Positions 48,301-52,557 of a stretch of 52,557 nt of DNA are shown in pieces. Both the position numbers and the translations under genes were made by a program. The notes under the pieces were generated by a model. The model was not told where the DNA came from. It made no database searches and was given only the letters and a program-made list of their open reading frames with translations. The number at the start of each line of letters is the position of its first letter. The first letter of the stretch is position 1. Source of the DNA: Candidatus Sericytochromatia bacterium. GTDB lineage: Bacteria; Cyanobacteriota; Sericytochromatia; S15B-MN24; UBA4093. The DNA is taken from contig JAKFCT010000048.1 in the NCBI GenBank assembly GCA_036676495.1, positions 1 through 52,557 of the forward strand, given 5' to 3'.

Positions 48301-51300
48301 ACCTACACCTACGACGCTTTAGGCAACGTCAAGACGGTCGTCGATCCCACCGGCACCCGTCGCTACGATTACGATGCCAAGGGACACTTGCGATCCTTCG
48401 TCGATCAACTGGGCCGAGAGACCCTGTTCGAGACCGATGCCAACGGTAACGTCACCCAGATCACGGCTCCGGGAGGCCGGCTCACGCAGCTTCGCTACAA
48501 CAAGAAGAACCAGCTCGTCTACACCCGTGACAACGCTGGGGCCGAGACCCGCTACGCCTACACCGCGCTCGATCAGCTCAGCAAGCTCACCGACCCCAGA
48601 GGCAACACCATGGAGTTCGTGCGGGACGGCAATGGCCGGCTCGTGCGGATGCTCAACCCCTTGCAGCAGGCCAAGACCTTCGACTACGACGGAGCGGGAA
48701 ACCTCCTCCGGATGGCCAACGAGCTTAACGAAATTACCCGCTACTCCTACGATCCGCTGGGCCGGGTCGTCGCGGTCACCGACCCCGAGGGCGGCACCAC
48801 CCAGATGGAGTACCACTGGAGCGGAGCCCTGAAGCGGATCGTGAACCCCCTGCAGCGCGCCACCCAGTTCAACGTCAATGCCGTCGGCCAGATCACCGAA
48901 ATCGTCCCCCCGGCGCCCGAGGGTCCCACGCGTTATCACTATAACGCCGACGGAACCCTCGCCCGAATTGAGAAGCCGAAGGCTCAGATCACGAGCTTCA
49001 CCTACACGGCATCGGGCCAGATGCAGACCGTTACCGACTCGCGCAAAACGATCCGCTACGAATATGACGCAATGGGCCGAATGACCGGAATCGTGGCCCC
49101 CAAGGGCCGCAAGCAGAGCATCCAGCACGATTCGCTCGGCCGGGTCAAGTCCGTGACCGACGCCCTGGGAGCTCCCGCCGAGTACGAGTACTGGCCTAGC
49201 GGAGAGCTGAAGAGCATCCGCAAGGTCAATGGGGCCGTCACCGAGTTCCATTACGACGCTGCGGGCAAGATCTCCAAGGTCTCCGCCCCTGAGGGGCGGA
49301 TCACCCAGCTTCGCCATGATGCTGCTGGCAACTTGATCCAGAAGATCTCGGCTACTGGCGCCCAGACGGACTATGTTTACGATGCCCTCAATCGCCTGGT
49401 GGCGATGAGCGAGCTTTCCAAGGGTTCGAAGACTTCCTACGCCTACGACGCGGTGGGCCGTATGACCTCCGTGACGAACCCCGACGGCCAGGTTACGGGC
49501 ATCTCCTACGACCGGATGGGACGTCCCGTGCGGGTGAACGCCCCCCTCCAGCAGCGCGTCGAAATGCAGTACGACGGTGTGGGCAATCTCCTCAAGCGGA
49601 TCGACGCGCTCGGCCGCACGACCAGCTATGCCTACAATGCCAACAATCGCCCCGTCAAGGTCACCGATCCTCTCCAGCACACCCAGACTTTTGATTACGA
49701 TCCGCTGGGCAACCTCACGCAAGTACGGCGTCTCGCCGACGGTGCGGTCACGACGGTACAGTACAACGACCTCAACCTCCCCGAGGAGGTGGTGGATGCC
49801 CTACAGAACCGAACTCGTATGGCCTACGACGAGTTCGGGAACCTGGAAACCCTCACCGATGCCAAGGGCCGTGTGACCCGCTACGAGTACGACGCTCTCA
49901 ACCGGATCCAGGCGGTCACGCAGCCGCTCGGCAAGACGACTCGTTACACCTACGACCGGGTCGGAAACGTCGAGCGCGTCACCAACGCCCTTGGAACGAG
50001 TACCCGTATGGTCTACGATCTCGCGGATCGCTTGAGGTTCCTATACGAGCCGCTCGGACGCACTACCGAGTACCGATACAACCCACTGGACCAGTTGACC
50101 GTCATGCGGGACGCGAACGGTAATCAGGTCAGCATCAACTACGACAAGACGGGCCGTCCTATCCGCCGGATGAACGGGCTCGGGTATTCGACCGACTTCT
50201 TCTACGACAAGCTCGACCGCACCACCCGTGTCGTGGATGCGCTGGGGCGCAGCACCCAGTACGCCTATGACGAGTTGAGTCGCCTCACGCGGGTGACCGA
50301 TGCCATGGGCCACCAGACCCGCTACCAGTACGACGCCCTGGGCAACATGACGAACCTGCAGGACGCCCGAGGCAAGCGCTGGAGTTTCCATTACGACGAG
50401 TTGAACCGCCTGGACTGGGAGAAGGATCCCCTCCAGCGGATGACCCAGTTCGCCTATGACTCCGTGGGAAACCTCGACAAGAAGCGCGACGGCAACGGCC
50501 AGTGGATCGACTACGATTACGACAAGCTGGGCCGCATGGTCCGGATGCAGACGGCAGACGACCTCGCGACCTTCGAGTACGACGCGGTCGGAAACCTGAC
50601 CGGTCACCGGAACCAAGCGGTAAACACGCAGCTGCGTTACGACGATCTCGACCGTCTCTCCGAGGAGATCAACGTTACCTGGGGCAAGAGCACTCGTTAC
50701 TCCTACGATCCGCTGGGCCGAATGACCGGGATTACGACGCCCCTGGGTCGGAACGTTCGCTACGAGTACGACGACTTGAACCAGCTCCGGTCACTGGTCG
50801 ATCCAGAGGGTAACCGGACGGGCTACCAGTACGACAAGGGCGGCCGGCTGGCGAATGTTCTCTACCCTTCTGGCGTGCGGACGGCCATGGCGTACGATCC
50901 GGCCGATCAGGTGACGTCACTTACGCATCGGGATCGCCGGGGTCAGAGCCTGCAAGGCTTCACCTACGGTTACGACCATGTGGGCAATCGTACGCAGGTG
51001 CAGGAAGCGGATGGCGCTCGCACGCAGTTCGCATACGATGCGCTCGATCGGCTCACGGAGGTCCAGTACCCCCTGCAAGCCATCCTTGCGGACCGCGGTA
51101 CGGTTTTGGCAACGCCCGGATCGGCTTCCGCCTCGAAGGGCAACGGCCAGAAGCCCGAGCAAGCGAAGGGACCCACGCTTCAATCCTTGAAGCAATCCGG
51201 ACTCGGAAGTAGCCGCTTCACCATCCTCGGCGTGACTCCGCTTGCTCAAGGGGGCAACGGGAATGGTAACCCTGGCAACGGTAACCCTGGCAACGGGAAT

Positions 51301-52557
51301 AGCGGTAACCCAGGCGGGAACCCCGGAAACGGCGGAAATCCTGGCAATGGTGCCAACCCCGGCAATGGGAATGGCCCGGATCCTGTTCAAGGAAATGGCA
51401 ACGCCCAGAATCCCGGTAACGGTAATGGCGGAAACCCCGGGCAGGGTAGCGGCAAAGGTAACGACAGCAAGCCAGGACAAGTCGGTAAGCCGCAAGACGG
51501 TTCCAAGCCGGGGAATGGTGTCGGCCAGGGCAAAGATAATCCAGGGAAGGGGCAGAAGCCGGACAAGAACCCCAAAGGCAAGGGGAAGGGCAACGGAGCT
51601 GGCCTGGGGAACGGGAAGTGGGATGGCTCGGATCCCAGCTACTGGTCCAAACCGCTAGCGTCCGTACGCTATACCTATGACGAGGTCGGCAACCGTCTGA
51701 GCGAGACGGATGAGACGGGTAGTCTGAGCTACTCGTACGACGACGCCAACCAGATGACCCGGGCCGGCGTCACGACCTACGAGTACGACCGGAACGGCAA
51801 CCGTCTTGCCGAGACCACGGATGGGGAACGCCTCCAGTACCGGTACGACGGCTTGAACCAGTTGACTGGCATTCGGAACGGAGAGGGCACCCAACTCAAG
51901 TACGCTTACGATCCGCTGGGGCGCCTGATCCAGTCCGAGCGTCCCGAGTGGGTGAACGAGAAGCACATGAAGCCCGAGGTCACCCGCTACTCGTACTCTG
52001 GGCAGACCTTGCTCGGGGAGTGGACGGGCAACGGCAGTCCGCTGGCGGAGTACTACACGGGCAACGGGGAGACCGTGACCCGGCGGATGTTCGGTCAGCA
52101 TGGCTCGTGGCAGGACGTGCCCAAGATCCAGACCCGGGGCAACCACCTGTACTACCTGCACGATGCGTTGGGATCGGTCACCGGAATGACCGATCACCAG
52201 GGCAACTCCATCCTCAAGTACCGGGAGGATGCCTTTGGCAATCCTCAGGCGGGGTGGCTGGATCCGTACAACACCCGGCTGCTGACGGGTAAGCCGTACG
52301 ATACGGCTAGCGGTCTCTACTACTTCGGCAGCCGCTGGTACGACCCCAGTGTGGGGCGGTTCATGACCCAGGACGCCTACCGTGGCTCGAACACGGATCC
52401 TCGGAGCATGCACCGGTACGCCTACGTGCTGAACAATCCGGCCACTTTCGTGGATGCCTGGGGGTACCTGCCTGAGTACAAGCCGCAGCCCCAGCGGACG
52501 TTCTTCGACATGGTGGGCGATCGCCTGGGCGGGGCCTGGTCCGGAGTCACCGGCATG
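45361..52557 (+). CDS. Giant Rhs/YD-repeat polymorphic-toxin-type protein with Sec signal peptide, 3'-truncated by window edge
   Basis: GTG 45361 follows SD GGAGG, which abuts the secretin stop. The frame stays open to the window end (2,399 codons), which is why it is absent from the ORF track. Signal peptide MRRPFTRILSATLACLIALYSLPPRVEA, DPVNVVNG at 47002 with DUF6531-like RTYNS/LGHGW, dozens of YD..GR/GN repeats, and core end GLYYFGSRWYDPSVGRFMTQD...NNPATFVDAWGY (to 52467). Confidence 0.93.
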   Translation, partial: MRRPFTRILSATLACLIALYSLPPRVEAPSILPRMSNPKPDTGMQVRQLMGRLDFSGPFAELGHQLWHVGEQAKSGFITLAGYWPSLPLAGAHHHYEHKATSKTTSDFVPYSHDPSPRSVFFEPPEVPGRDDKGVYRYNGKWGEWLYAQAPAQRSNHSLTLPVYDQYGKNPRDVEFHNSYFSEHGGYAGNNGHRVFAARFLNDDRRQDYPRLLVQKRDRDSLTIEHTGKDWRGNTKNEWQYWRTEEKFTGSGEGLNHDPKWNYGGVRMILREHPWWRFKDAYNQTGDFDKILHNAYEAFVGKRFSLYYWETNAEWVGYLKRELQGKRAQSEIDAIKGFWVEVQPYSALRDLTGFSDFPRTDAAIVIAHPRPYPGLQGQQKFTKITFYRPFFPGGEPFLSAADDAENFGGHDPVADYVAVGAFADYEHERHSEGSALWMAIAMDRPPFLPPVIGDGLPPGTSQGERDNYANVFQSLPPDDQAAVIAAVEAGGDAKEAALQALKDMVEVGIEKGILKNTFTSSSDPTQPGSEPNSTVRPPEVFSTTFELDPVNVVNGANYVDHYDLQLQGRGMRTDFLRTYNSNVKPDDSLRFSPLGHGWTHTYNQFLHQYPDGAIAFYNDHGQSTVFMPSGNGWRAPPGSPLTLTMLADGSYQVREKTGTIMRFSGGLKRIATQNLFFLEPGIERFGTKQAVEAGRLLSITDRNGNAFTLAYENGKLATVRDPGGRVLGFTYDGERISTMTDPAGRVFRYRYENDDLTEVVHPGNRKQVYGYQGHLMTLHSDFDSEQAWRFRYDAQERVVEAIDPEGHQTTFTYSPGKTVQTTYEADGRTVSTEFEHQDGEIVRKKDPTGTLFSYEYKDHRKVKESFNRGDRLIVLQYEYDALGNLTRTVDAGGNVTATRYEADFAQPFEVTDPTGTTRITLDGRGNVTAIRDPLGRTVTYQVDAHGQVQALLDPGQHKTVTRHNDQGLLEHVDTPIGGWTTYTYDALGNVKTVVDPTGTRRYDYDAKGHLRSFVDQLGRETLFETDANGNVTQITAPGGRLTQLRYNKKNQLVYTRDNAGAETRYAYTALDQLSKLTDPRGNTMEFVRDGNGRLVRMLNPLQQAKTFDYDGAGNLLRMANELNEITRYSYDPLGRVVAVTDPEGGTTQMEYHWSGALKRIVNPLQRATQFNVNAVGQITEIVPPAPEGPTRYHYNADGTLARIEKPKAQITSFTYTASGQMQTVTDSRKTIRYEYDAMGRMTGIVAPKGRKQSIQHDSLGRVKSVTDALGAPAEYEYWPSGELKSIRKVNGAVTEFHYDAAGKISKVSAPEGRITQLRHDAAGNLIQKISATGAQTDYVYDALNRLVAMSELSKGSKTSYAYDAVGRMTSVTNPDGQVTGISYDRMGRPVRVNAPLQQRVEMQYDGVGNLLKRIDALGRTTSYAYNANNRPVKVTDPLQHTQTFDYDPLGNLTQVRRLADGAVTTVQYNDLNLPEEVVDALQNRTRMAYDEFGNLETLTDAKGRVTRYEYDALNRIQAVTQPLGKTTRYTYDRVGNVERVTNALGTSTRMVYDLADRLRFLYEPLGRTTEYRYNPLDQLTVMRDANGNQVSINYDKTGRPIRRMNGLGYSTDFFYDKLDRTTRVVDALGRSTQYAYDELSRLTRVTDAMGHQTRYQYDALGNMTNLQDARGKRWSFHYDELNRLDWEKDPLQRMTQFAYDSVGNLDKKRDGNGQWIDYDYDKLGRMVRMQTADDLATFEYDAVGNLTGHRNQAVNTQLRYDDLDRLSEEINVTWGKSTRYSYDPLGRMTGITTPLGRNVRYEYDDLNQLRSLVDPEGNRTGYQYDKGGRLANVLYPSGVRTAMAYDPADQVTSLTHRDRRGQSLQGFTYGYDHVGNRTQVQEADGARTQFAYDALDRLTEVQYPLQAILADRGTVLATPGSASASKGNGQKPEQAKGPTLQSLKQSGLGSSRFTILGVTPLAQGGNGNGNPGNGNPGNGNSGNPGGNPGNGGNPGNGANPGNGNGPDPVQGNGNAQNPGNGNGGNPGQGSGKGNDSKPGQVGKPQDGSKPGNGVGQGKDNPGKGQKPDKNPKGKGKGNGAGLGNGKWDGSDPSYWSKPLASVRYTYDEVGNRLSETDETGSLSYSYDDANQMTRAGVTTYEYDRNGNRLAETTDGERLQYRYDGLNQLTGIRNGEGTQLKYAYDPLGRLIQSERPEWVNEKHMKPEVTRYSYSGQTLLGEWTGNGSPLAEYYTGNGETVTRRMFGQHGSWQDVPKIQTRGNHLYYLHDALGSVTGMTDHQGNSILKYREDAFGNPQAGWLDPYNTRLLTGKPYDTASGLYYFGSRWYDPSVGRFMTQDAYRGSNTDPRSMHRYAYVLNNPATFVDAWGYLPEYKPQPQRTFFDMVGDRLGGAWSGVTGM
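51250..51615 (+). repeat. Low-complexity coding repeat (NPGNG / GNG / KPG) inside the Rhs gene
   Basis: Translation GGNGNGNPGNGNPGNGNSGNPGGNPGNGGNPGNGANPGNG...KPG..KGKGKGNG, with a direct DNA repeat GGTAACCCTGGCAAC x2. Confidence 0.85.

Overview
High-GC (roughly 65-70%) diderm bacterial chromosome segment with flagellar and chemotaxis genes. The combination of a cyanobacterial-order cphB-cphA pair, a HelY-type helicase, FliI, MCPs and no photosynthesis genes is compatible with a non-photosynthetic cyanobacterial relative such as Sericytochromatia; this is an inference only. From left to right: the 3' end of fliI, a CHASE histidine kinase, and a cobalamin riboswitch controlling btuB plus a beta-propeller lipoprotein. 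Next come a REP-flanked RAYT (TnpA-REP) transposase, msrB, an ABC-F, DUF1992-rarA, an MCP, a lipoprotein and an atypical receiver/Zn-ribbon protein. Then a heterodimeric ABC exporter, a thermonuclease, cyanophycin cphBA, tdh-kbl, a long dCache MCP, a YHS protein behind a ~205-nt structured RNA, a Ski2-like helicase and rnhB. The right third holds the two most interesting modules. (1) An LPP20/FlgO/FlgT-like/DUF4384 envelope operon converges on an operon for an exported caspase-family protease and an Ig-like lipoprotein. (2) An orphan secretin gene lies 10 bp upstream of a >2,399-codon, signal-peptide-bearing Rhs gene, which the ORF track misses because it runs off the window. That Rhs has a low-GC N-terminal module and a ~196-aa Gly/Asn/Pro-rich insertion inside its YD-repeat core. 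All domain calls come from motif recognition by eye; no database searches were run.
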